Assembly: GCF_032191835.1 (NCBI RefSeq)
Contig: NC_083237.1
Span: 806,001-870,000, forward strand
Length of the DNA stretch: 64,000 nucleotides
Source of the DNA: Heteronotia binoei
Taxonomy: Eukaryota
Direction of reading: 5' to 3'
The notes beneath the pieces are model-generated. The model had not been told where the DNA came from, made no database searches, and worked only from the letters and a program-made list of their open reading frames with translations. This document shows, in pieces, positions 1 through 11,110 of the stretch. Made by a program: the position numbers and the translations under genes. Position 1 is the first letter of the stretch; each line of letters begins with the position of its first letter.

Positions 1-185
1 ACGTTGCTGCATCCAGCCGCTCGGAAACGTTTAATCACACAGAGCAGAAAGCAATTAAATTTTTTAAATAATGTCAGGCTCTGTTAAAGTTATTGTTTGC
101 AAAGGTCACAGTTACTCATAAGATAGTTAAAACTCTCAAGACCGTTTGGGCTGTAACATTCAGACCAGGGTTTCTCTGGTCAGTC

Positions 186-457
186 AATGTTTTATCCCTG
201 GAAGGTCAGATGCTGAAGTGGAAGCTCAAATCCTTTGGCCACCCAATGAGAAGGGAGCACTCCCTGGAGAAGACCCTGATGCTGGGAAAGACAGAAGGCA
301 AAAGAAGGGGACGGTAAAAGATGAGATGGCTGGACAGTGTTACTGATGTAACTACATGAATTTGAGTGGAAGATGGTGGAAGACAGGAGGGCCTGGCGTG
401 ACTTGGCTCATGAGGTCGCAAAGAGTCGGACTCCTTGACTGTGCGACTGAACAACAA
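186..457 (+). mobile_element. BovB (RTE-clade LINE) 3' end, 5'-truncated
   Basis: SLEGQMLKWKLKSFGHPMRREHSLEKTLMLGKTEGKRR resembles the BovB ORF C-terminus; ends GCGACTGAACAACAA. Confidence 0.85.
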
Positions 458-1407
458 AAGCTCCCATAATGGTAAACGGCTAAAGGTCAGTGCAAAACAT
501 GGCATGGATGCCCTCCCCTCCCCATCCTTTATGTTACAGCAGCCATTTGCTTAAGCAATCAGGAACAACCCAAATATTTTTGGAATGATTACCATATCAG
601 TCAGCCTCTTTAATAAAACAGGCCTTTAGTCTGTTTCCCAAATTTAAAAAAGGAACAGAAATGCTACTACAATGTTTTGACTTTAAAATGAACTACAAAA
701 AATCTGCAATCACACCCACTAATACAGCTAGTCCTGCCACAGAACTCTGGACCAAAAGAGTGCCATAATTGGATTACTTTATCCTGGAAATACTGAAGGA
801 TCCAACATCATAACAAATGAAAATGTTTAAAAATATATTTGAAATTAATGACAAAATTAAGACTGATGCAGAGCAGCAGAAATCCTTAATCTCTCTTCAG
901 TTCAGTAGAATCACAACAGTTAAAATCCTCCAGCTTCCAAACCCCCTAATTTTTATTTTAGTATCAGCTTGAGAACCATTAATGATTGGAAAAGGCTCTT
1001 GAAAAAGTCATATTCAAACCTCTCCTTCTCTACAGGCCTAACAAAAAGGATGGGGATCCCACTGCTTCCAGTTATATTGGGGAATCATACAGTTAAAAAC
1101 AGAATTAGATCCCAACTACTGAGTACCCCAAAGAACTTGTATAGTTGGACACACAGAAGGAACAGACGGATTCCCCAGAAAATGTGGTTTGTCAAACAAA
1201 ACACAGCAGACATCGATACCCCCCCCCCCCCGCTTCATTTCAGCTCCACTCCAAATGCGGGAGTGCCGGATGAAGCATTTGAGTCTGACTGCCTCCCTCG
1301 GTTCCTACTTTAAATTACCCCTAGTATTAGGTTCAGTCGCTGTCACAGAAGTATACATGTCCTTTTATAACAACACAAGCTTATTTGGAGGAATGGAGCA
1401 ATTATTT

Positions 1408-1780
1408 TGTTGTTGTTCAGTCGCACAGTCAAGGAATCCGACTCTTTGTGACCTCATGGACAAAGTCACGCCAGGCCCTCCTGTCTTCCACCATCCTCCG
1501 AAGTCTGCTCAAATTCGTGTTTGTTACATCAGTAACGCCGTCCAGCCATCTCATCTTTTGCCGTCCCCTTCTTCTTTTGCCTTCTGTCTTTCCCAGCATC
1601 AGGGTCTTCTCCAGTGAGGGCTCCCTTCTCCTTGGGTGGCCAAAGGATTTGAGCTTCAGCATCTGACCTTCCAGGGAACAGTCAGGGTTGATTTCCCTTA
1701 GGACTGACTGATTGGATCTTCTTGCAGTCCAAGGGACTCTCAAGGGTCTTCTCCAGCACCACAGCTCAAAAGCATCTATT
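1408..1780 (-). mobile_element. BovB (RTE-clade LINE) 3' end, 5'-truncated
   Basis: RVPWTARRSNQSVLREINPDCSLEGQMLKLKSFGH..GRQKMRWLDGV..AWRDFVHEVTKSR; (CAA)n tail. Confidence 0.9.
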
Positions 1781-1846
1781 ATAACCCTTATATAAGCAAT
1801 TATAACCCTTAGTAAAACCGCAGGAAAGGGAGAGAGAGGTTTATAG

Positions 1847-2235
1847 CAGGGGTGTCATGAGGGACAGATCAGACATAAATGAGACTTTGTTGGGCCAGGC
1901 CACGGGTGTCATAAAATGTAGTGCCAGGTAGTGAAGATATAAGCTTTATAAAGGACACAATTAAAGATTTTTTTAAAAAAAAAATTTAAAACATGCTTAA
2001 AAGATTTTCACTCTTGCAATATTGTGCTCAGTATCAAAGCAATCTCTCGCTCCTTCCCAAGAGGGGAGCTTCAGCCAACAGGGAAAATAGAGGCTTTGCT
2101 CTGTAGCTCCTGTGCGATTAAGCAAGCCTGGCAAAGCAAGCTGTGATGCAGAAGGAAACGAGAGAGAAGCAGACTGGCTCGCAGGCCTGACAGGAACCCT
2201 CTGGGGGCCCCCAGACCACCCATCAGACACCCCTG
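1847..2235. mobile_element. Non-autonomous hAT-type DNA transposon (MITE)
   Basis: Termini CAGGGGTGTC...GACACCCCTG; flanks GTTTATAG / GTTTAGAG form a 7/8 target-site duplication of hAT length. Confidence 0.7.
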
Positions 2236-2571
2236 GTTTAGAGCAACTGACTGAGCTGGAAAACAAAAGCCCTGGAGAAACGGTCAAAGTTCCTTGACAG
2301 ATTACTTATTTTGTGGGTAAACTCCTTATTTAATCCAAGATTTGCAGAGATTGTCTGGGAGGGAAACTTTGCACCCGAATCCCAAATTCCGTTTAGTTCC
2401 AAGAAGGAACTCCTCAGCTGCAGGAAAATCCAGATGCCGGGCTCTGATCTCAAGGACAGGCAGGCCACGATGCTCTCTCTGACTTGGACCAGTTCCCAGG
2501 AAAGAGGATGCAACAGAGGCCCCTTCTAAGTATAGGATTAGCTGCCAACTCATCTTTTCGCTCACTTGCTA

Positions 2572-2960
2572 AATGAAGCTGCCTCATCCTGAGTCAGACC
2601 ACGGGCCCATCCGGGTCAGTACTGTCTTCTCAGACCAGGAGTTGCTCTGCCTGGTCTCAAATGGAGGTCTTTCCCATCCCCTACTGCCTGCTTCTGTTAT
2701 CTGTATGCGTCAGGGATCACACATGGGACCTTCTACATGCAAAGCACGGGCTCTTCCACCCACCCCAACCCCTTCCCAGACAACTGATCTATATAAAGCT
2801 CAATATTGTCTATTGAGACGGGCAGCTGCTCCCCAGGGTCTCTGAAAATGGTCTTCTGCATCCCCTACTGCCCGCTCCTTTTATCTGTATATGTCAGGGA
2901 TTGGACATGGGACCTTCTACATGCCAAGTAAATACTCTACCACTGAACCACAACCTCACC
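2572..2960 (-). mobile_element. Two degenerate tRNA-headed SINE copies (family A)
   Basis: ATGAAGCTGCC..GAGTCAGACC tail and degenerate reverse-complement A/B boxes. Confidence 0.55.
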
Positions 2961-5355
2961 CCTGGAGTGTCCTGCTTTATTTCTACTTGTCTGTCGACTG
3001 TTCCCGTGCCTGTACTTCCCCGGGTTTATGTTTAATTCCTATGATTCTTTCACACCCAGCATTTTTTGGGGTGTGGTAGACTAAAGCAGGCTTGGAAAGA
3101 ACCTCACCACATTCTGCCACAGGCTGCTTTGCTAATGAAGAAAGAGCCAGGGCTGGCAGCCAGTTCAGATACAAAGAGAGGGGAAGATGGAGGGAGTGCA
3201 GCCCACATGCTTCCCTTTCTCTCCCACAAAAGGCATGTGCACAGACAGATTTCCTCGCTTGCATCTGGGGCTGGGCACAAAAGAATTAAGAACGTAAGAC
3301 AAGCCCTGCTGGATCATCGAACCCAAGGCCCATCCAGCCCAGCACTCCGTTCACACAGCGGCCAACCAGGAAGCCTCCAGCAGCAGCAGCAGCCTGCCCA
3401 TCCTCCTTGGGAAGTGTCTGCGAAAGGGAAGATGTTTCATCACCAGGCCCTCTGGGTTACAACCCGCTTGGAGTGCAAGGATGAAGCAGCGGGACATCCA
3501 GGGGGCACCGAGATCCAATTGGAGCTTGCAGCAGGACTCAGATCAGTAATTCTGCAAACTGGCATGAGTAAAAAACTCTGCAGGTTTTGTGATGTCATAT
3601 ATAAAAGGATAACATGATCAAAAGCTGACATTTCGACCAAAATAAGCGCATGGTACAAGCCTCAGCGAGTTACCCCCTTGTGTCAGTTTTCACTTTCCCC
3701 AGAACTGACTGAGGGAAAAGCTGATTGCCTTGGAAAGTCTACCTTTAGAGACAACTGCCCTCTTCAGATGGAGTCATCTCCATCTTGTATCACGAAGAAC
3801 AGAAACACAATTTTAAGCTAACTCCTGGGGGGGAGTGGACAGCCCATCCCAAATGGCTTCTGCAGAGTGGGCAAAGAGCTTGGGGGTGCTCAAGGTGTCT
3901 GAAAAGCAGGCTGGCAGAGCAGCCAAGAGCGCCTTCTACCCAGCTGCGTTTGGGTTGCCAACTCTCTCCTTTCTTAGACTCAGATGATCTGCCCATGCTG
4001 TTCCCTGCTTTTGGACCTTCGCGGCCGGATTCCTGTAACGCGCTCTTCATTGGGCTGCCCGCAAAGACAACCCAGAAACTGCAGCTGGTCCAAGGGGAGA
4101 GGAGCTCCCCAGATGCCATGCAGCTGGCGCCCACGATGCTCCTTCAGCCACAGATGAGGACCAACACTGCCCACGGTGCCAAGGGTCAGCCGAAAAGCTC
4201 AGCACTGAGGCACAGCAGGCACGTCTTTACATCCTGTGGGAATCACAGAGGTTATCCTCACGCCCCTCCCCCCCCCGGCTAGAGATGCAAAATTTCCAGA
4301 AATTATGAAGCCTCTGAAAAAACTGCCCCCATTTGGGGGGGGGGGAATGAATTTTGAGAAAAGAATGAAATATATGCAATCTTGCTGTTCTGACAAACCT
4401 GAACTTACTTTACTGCTTCTACAAGCAAAACTGCAGATATACCCAGTGCATACCCAAGTCGATGCACCCTCTGCTGTTTGGCCAGAGAGAGCTTGGCTCT
4501 CAGTCACGCTTTCGGTTTCCTTCAGAGGCTTCAGGGCAACCTCTGCCTCACCCCCTTCGGATCTTTTGTCCCCTCCAGAAAGGTCGGGCAACAAGCTACT
4601 AGATACCCAGCCTGTGAGTCACCGTGGTTTGAGAAAGAAGTGAAAACGCCAATCACAACGAAACACACCTGAATCAAGCCACCTTGTCTACTCAGCCTGG
4701 CAGCGGCTCTCCAGGGTCTCAGCCAGAAGCCGCTCACCACATCTGCTGCCTGGTGCTGCCAGGCCCTTCTGCAGAGGAAGCAGAGGTTCTGCCCCTCGGG
4801 ATCAGGTCAAAAGGGCCACACGAGCAAAGCAAGCCCAGCATGCTGCCTTCATGAAGATCAGTTGTCTTTCCACCTGCGGAAATGCACCCTGTACTTACGG
4901 GCTGTACACGGCTACACAGAATGCCTTTAAGAGCACTGCACTCGTTTTAAAGTCAAAATAGTTCATGGGAGTTTTTTCAGCACACCCCCAAAATCCCAAT
5001 TTTTCTGCTGGAAAAACTAGGTGGGGGGAAGGCCTTGGGGGGGGGGGAAACCCCGGACCTTCACATCTCTTCCTCTGACACTCTGGACCTGCATCTTGCT
5101 GCCCCCCTCCCGATGATCCAGCTCCCCCTTGTGTCTTGATGACATCACAGAGGTGCCAGCTGAAGAGCTGCGGCATGTGGAGGAGGAGCTCACCCCCCAA
5201 GGAGCCTGCTGTGCTGGGCAGCTTTGAGGGTTGTTGTGAAGCTATGCCAGGACAATCCCATGTCCTCAGAGGCACACCTGCACATCCAGAGCCATGCTTC
5301 CTTGGACAGGAGCACCTTCCTGAACCCCAGAATTGAGGGGCTGAGCCACCCAGTC

Positions 5356-5776
5356 CAGGTGTCAAACTCATTTGCTAGGAGGGTCAGAACCTGACGTTGT
5401 TGGGCCGGGCCATGTGTGTCACAAAACGCCAGGTCAGGGAGATATAAACTTTATAAAGGACACAGACAAACACACGCACTCTGACTAATCCACCTCACTG
5501 GCTTGCTGAGCCTCAGCCAACAGTAGGAAGAAAGGCTTGGCTCAGTAGCTCTGCTGTGCAATTGAGAACACCTGGAAAAACAAGCTCTACTTTCCCCACT
5601 TCCCTCGCTTTGCTCTGTAGCTCCTGTGTGATTGAGCAAGCCTGAAAAAGCAAGCAGTGATGCAGAAGGAAGCAAGAGAGGGAGAAGGAAGCAGATGACA
5701 GTGAGTTGCTCGTGGGCCTGATAGGAGCCCTCTGGGGGCCTGATTCGGCCCCTGGACCGCATGTTTGACACCCCTG
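5356..5776. mobile_element. hAT-type MITE, same family as 1847-2235
   Basis: CAGGTGTCAAACTC...GTTTGACACCCCTG inverted termini and shared internal sequence. Confidence 0.7.
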
Positions 5777-6425
5777 CCCTACAGAGTCAGCTGGCTTCTT
5801 CTGCAAGACCCCACCTGGCCTGTCCTTCTCAGACACACCGCGATGCTTGTCCATCCTCAGCTGCAACAAAGGCTCACCTTGTCACAGAAACAACAGAGCA
5901 CATACATGGAGGTTTCTGGGACTAAGATTTGGGTGTCACTCCTTCCCCGCCCACCCCCCACAAAAAAACCCTCCACATGCACAGTGCAAAAAGGTCCATT
6001 CTGGCCAGCTCTGCCCGCCTGGCAGGGGGAGGGCCTCACGGAATCGCAGCTGGCCCCTGTTTTGGCCCTGGCCAATACAGGATTTCCTATGGTCACTTCC
6101 GTCCCTTTCCCACAGCAGAAGCAGCAGGCTGACCTCTGAGAGGGCGGTTTCCACAGGGCAGCTGTACAACTCGGCAGCTCACAGGCGGTTCCATTGGGCA
6201 GCCTTGCCACCTTCTGCCACCGCCCCTGCTTTTGCCCACTCCATCCATGCAGGGCTGCAAGTGCTTGCCTGGGGCTCATAGGGCAGCATGCACTTTAAGG
6301 GAATTGTTGCAGCCCCCAACGGCAGCCTCGGCTTCTCCAAGGGTAACAATGGAGCAATAACACAATAACCTGGTGATGGCAAAGGGATGCCGTCAGATCA
6401 CAGTTGACTTACGGCAGCCCTGCAG

Positions 6426-6645
6426 GGAGCCAGTTTGGTGTAGTGATTAAGAGCAAGGGACTCTTTCTGGAAGAACCGGGTTTGATTCCCCACTCCTCCT
6501 CCACATGCAGCCAGCTGAGTGACCTCTCTCAGCTCCACCTGCATCACAGGGAGTCTGTTGTGGGGAGAGGCTGGGAAGGAGATTGTATGCCACTCTGAGA
6601 CTCCTTTGGGTAGTGAACAGCAGAGGATAAGAGCAGCTCTTCTTC
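6426..6645 (+). mobile_element. tRNA-headed MIR/CORE-like SINE (family B)
   Basis: GAGCCAGTTTGGTGTAGTG A box, GGTTTGATTCCCC B box, MIR-like CACAGGG..TGTTGTGGGG body. Confidence 0.7.
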
Positions 6646-7249
6646 AAGGCCAGAGGTGGTCTGCCACTGCCCGAACTTCCTTGATGTTCTCCCCACCCAA
6701 GTAGCTTCCAATAGCTGATGAGATCAGGCCAGCAGAGGTCCCTCAGATCAGGGAAGAGACAAACAGAGAGGGCTGGCCATTGTAGCAACCCTGGACTTCC
6801 TTAGTGGATCTCTCCATCCGACTATTAACCCACCCCCCAAGGTACCTGCTTCGCTTCTGAGATCTGATTAGATCAGGCTGGGCCATAAAATCTCTGAAAG
6901 CACACATTAATATAAAACCCTCCAATAGCATAAGATAAGCCATGTTGGATCAGGCCAATGGCCCATCCAGTCCAACACTCTGTGTCACACAGTGGCCAAA
7001 AAAACCCAACAACAACCCAGGTGCCATCAGGAGGTCCATCAGTGCAGCCAAGACACTAGAAGCAGTCCCGCTGTTCCCCCTCCCCCCAAGCACCAAGAAT
7101 ACAGAGGATTCCTGCCCCAGACATAAGAATATCAGAGAAGCCATGTTGGGTCAGGCCAATGGCTCATCCAGCTCAGCAGAGCATCCCTGCCCCAGACAAA
7201 GAGTTCCCTCCTGGCCTTATGGCTAACAACCCAAGGGAGCACTGGTCTT

Positions 7250-8170
7250 AAGAACATAAGAGAAGCCATGTTGGATCAGGCCCTGTTGGATCAGGCCTGA
7301 TCCAACAGGGCTTCTCTTATGTTCTTAGGTGACACAGAGTGTTGGACTGGATGGAACATTGGCCTGATCCAACAGGGCTTCTCTTATGTGACACAGAGTG
7401 TTGGACTGGATGGAACATTGGCCTGATCCAACAGGGCTTCTCTTATGTGACACAGAGTGTTGGACTGGATGGGCCATTGGCCTGATCCAACATGGCTTCT
7501 CTTATGTTCTTATGTGACACAGAGTGTTGGACTGGATGGGCCATTGGCCTGATCCAACAGGGCTTCTCTTATGTTCTTAGGTGACACAGCGTGTTGGACT
7601 GGATGGGCCATTGGCCTGATCCAACAGGGCTTCTCTTATGTGACACAGAGTGTTGGACTGGATGGGCCATTGGCCTGATCCAACAGGGCTTCTCTTATGT
7701 TCTTAGGTGACACAGAGTGTTGGACTGGAGGGGCCATTGGCCTGATCCAACAGGGCTTCTCTTATGTTCTTATGTGACACAGAGTGTTGGACTGGAGGGG
7801 CCATTGGCCTGATCCAACATGGCTTCTCTTATGTGACACAGAGTGTTGGACTGGAGGGGCCACTGGCCTGATCCAACATGGCTTCTCTTCTGTTCTTATG
7901 TGACACAGAGTGTTGGACTGGAGAGGCCACTGTCCTGATCCAACATGGCTTCTCTTATGTTCTTATGTGACACAGAGTGTTGGACTGGAGGGGCCACTGG
8001 CCTGATCCAACAGGGCTTCTCTTATGTTCTTATGTGACACAGAGTGTTGGACTGGAGGGGCCACTGTCCTGATCCAACATGGCTTCTCTTATGTTCTTAT
8101 GTGACACAGAGTGTTGGACTGGAGGGGCCATTGGCCTGATCCAACAGGGCTTCTCTTATGTTCTTATGTT
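7250..8170 (+). repeat. Tandem array of 14 units (59/67 bp) of a CR1 3'-terminal sequence, with a palindromic orientation switch at 7280-7311
   Basis: Unit TGACACAGAGTGTTGGACTGGATGGGCCATTGGCCTGATCCAACAGGGCTTCTCTTATG(TTCTTATG), identical to the 3' end of the CR1 at 49710-50365. Confidence 0.9.
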
Positions 8171-9051
8171 CTAGTGGCCAGAAAGAGCCAAGGGGTCAGA
8201 GGAGGAGGTGAGGGACTCAGATCTGAACCCCCCCCGCCCTGCCCTGAAAGCTCACTAGGTCACTCTGGGTCACAAACTCTTAGCCTAGCCTCCCTCTCAG
8301 GATTGTTGTGTGGATAAACAGGAGAGGAGCAGAACTACACAAGTGCTTTGGGATCCAATTGAAGTGAAATGAAGGGTGGACGGCAAGGAGCACAAAACTG
8401 AAAAGGGAGTCCTCTGTGTGCCTTAAGCTCACTAGGCAGCTCAGGAGGGAGGGGCATAAGCCCCCCCACAGGGCGGACCCTTCCAAAACCCCATGGCTCC
8501 CATGAGCCTGCAGCTGCCTCCCTCTCTTCTCTTGGCCCTCCAAACGCAAGGATTCTCATCCCCCCGCCCCACTCATGAAAGCCACCAAACAGGTTCTGCC
8601 TCCTGGCCTGGCTGCACAGCAGCCCTCCCCAAGGGAAAGCAGTGCCAAGGCGCAGGCAGCCAGTCCAAACAGGCCAGAGCCATTTCCCCTCCCTGCCGTC
8701 CGTCGTGGCCATCTTCCCAGGAAAAGACCCGCCAAATGGTTTTTCTGGGGAGTGGGCAGCCGAGAGGGGAAAGGGGGACGACCAGGTGCAGGGCTCACAC
8801 TGGCTCCAAAGCACAGGTGCTCTTCTAGAACCAGAAAGAGAACTCTGTGGCTTCTCCGGGGCCTCTGCTCTACAGAGGTGACACAAGGAAGCCTGAAGGA
8901 AGAAGGGCAGGGGGTGAAGTAGCCTCCTTCCTTCCTTCCTTGTGCAGTCAGCTGGGTGGGCCCTGACCACTCTCCCTGCCACCCCAACAGGCCGAATGGA
9001 GGGCCAGCAGGGCAGAGACCTTATTGGGAGGGTCCACTGTTGGGGCTAGTC

Positions 9052-10015
9052 CAGGTGTGTCAAACTCATTTATTATGAGGGCCGGAACTGACAGAAATGA
9101 GACCTTGTCGGGCCGGGCCACGTGTCATAAAACATAATGCCAGGTAGCGGAGATATAAACTTTATAAAAGACACAATTAAAGATTTTTTAAAAGCCTAAA
9201 ATAAAGCAATACTGTGGTCAGTATCAAAGCAAGTTCTCCCTGCCTCCCCTTCCTCTGCAACATATGAACATATGAAGCTGCCTTATACTGAGTCAGACCC
9301 TCCTTGGTCTATCCAAGTCAGTCTTGTCTACTCCAGGGTCTCAAGCTGAGGTTTTTCACGCCTATTTGCCTGGACCCTTTTTAGTTGGAGACGCTGGGGA
9401 TTGAACCTGGGACCTTCTGCTTACCAAGCAGATGCTCTACCACTGAGCCACCCTCCCTCCCTAGATATGAACCTATGAAGCTGCCTTCTACTGAATCAGA
9501 CCCCCCTCGGTCCATCAAAGTCCGTCTTGTCTACTCAGACTGGCAGCGGCTCTCCAGGGTCTCAAGCTGAGGTTTTTCACGCCTATTTGCCTGGACCCTT
9601 TTCAGTTGGAGATGCAGGGGACTGAACCTGGGACCTCCTGCTTACCAAGCAGATGCTCTACCACTGAGGCACCGTCCCTCCCCTCACCAGCAGAGGCTCT
9701 CCAGGGTCTCAAGCTGAGGTTTTTCACACCTACTTGCCTAGTCCTTTTTTAGTTGGAGACGCTGGGGATTGAACGTGGGACCTTCTGCTTACCAAGCAGT
9801 TGCTCTACCACTGAGCCACCCTCCCTAAAGAGAGGAGCCTCAGCCAATGGAGAAAATAGAGACCTTCCTCTGTGCGATTGAGAAATGCTGGCAAAGCAAG
9901 CTGTGATGCAGAAAGAATCGAGAGAGAGGAAGAAGGAAGCAGACTTGCTCACAAGCCTAATAGGAGCCCGCTGGGGGCCTGATCCGGCCCTCGGGCCGCA
10001 TGTCTGATTCCCTTC
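9052..10015. mobile_element. hAT-type MITE with a nested SINE cluster
   Basis: Same family termini (degenerate at right); flanks GGCTAGTC / CCCTAGTC; interrupted by SINEs at 9264-9830. Confidence 0.65.
9264..9830 (-). mobile_element. Head-to-tail trimer of tRNA(Ala)-headed SINE (family A)
   Basis: Three heads GGTGGCTCAGTGGTAGAGCATCTGCTTGGTAAGCAGAAGGTCCCAGGTTCAATCCCCAGC; tails GGCAGCTTCATATGTTCAT. Confidence 0.85.
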
Positions 10016-10899
10016 CCCTAGTCAGTTAAGGCCTGTCCTTTGTCACAAAAGCTATTTAAGCCAGCCACAATGTCACACCTCATGCAGTCCCCTGGGGGTC
10101 CACATACAAAATTCCCGAGGACCAGGGACTGTGGCCCCCTCCAGCCCAGTCAGCTTTCTTCAAGCCCTGACCAGTTTCTGCACTCAAAGGGCTGAATTCA
10201 GAACTTCCAACTCTATGATTCTATGATCTCCTTTCTCAGCAGAAGCCTTGGAAAGGCTACAAGCTTCACACAAGGCTTCTTGGGCAGAGCACAATAAAAA
10301 ACACACACCTCAGGCAACTTTGGAGTGATTTATTTATTTGCCTTAGCTTTATATCCCGCCCTCTCCATGAATGGATCTGACAAGGAGTGGATTTCCCTCC
10401 CCTCTTCACCAAATCCACTTCCACACCCCAGACTCTGGGATGTGGAAGTGGATTTGGTGAAGAGGGGAGGGAAAGAGTCAGGGGGGCGGCAGAAGCCCCT
10501 GTGCCATTTTAACAGCCTGTTTTTCTACTCCACTGACTGCAGCATTGTCCCAAAGGAAGTGAACCCACAATGTCTCACTTCCAATATATTTTGCGCAGCT
10601 ACCCAAGCCCCAGGTTAAAATCTAAGACTTCAGCTGTGAACTTTAAAACCTTAAGGGCAGGCTTCTAGTCCTCCGCTGTTGCAAAGGAGAGCGCTTAACG
10701 CCAGGCTGCGGTCGTACCACCGATGGCCCACCTTGGCACGGAGGCGCCTGTGCTGTGGTCCAAGGCGGATCTGTGGATCTTTAGCCAGGCAGTCCTCAGA
10801 CATCCCATCTGGAAATGAAGTCGAAGGCCACTGCACAGCCTCCTGCAGCATACAGTCACCAGCATACGACCACAGCTCAGTCTATAGCACCCTCTCCAT

Positions 10900-11110
10900 G
10901 GGGTAGTGCTGTGGCTCAGTGGCAGAGCCTCTGCTTGGCATGCTGAAGCTCCCAGGTTCAATCCCTGGCAATGTCTCCAGTAAAAAAGGGACTGGGTGGC
11001 TGGTGATATGAAAGACTTCTGCCTGAGATCCTGCCAGTCTGAGTAGACAACACTGACCTTGATGGGCCAATGGGTTGATTCAGTAGAAGGCAACTTCATA
11101 TGTACACATG
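10900..11110 (+). mobile_element. tRNA(Ala)-headed SINE (family A)
   Basis: TGGCTCAGTGGCAGAGC..GGTTCAATCCC head plus family tail. Confidence 0.8.

Noticed and set aside
10651-10900. Locally CpG-rich segment with short ORFs on both strands
   Set aside because: I could not match it to LRCH4, an RNA gene or a known repeat; insufficient evidence without a database search.
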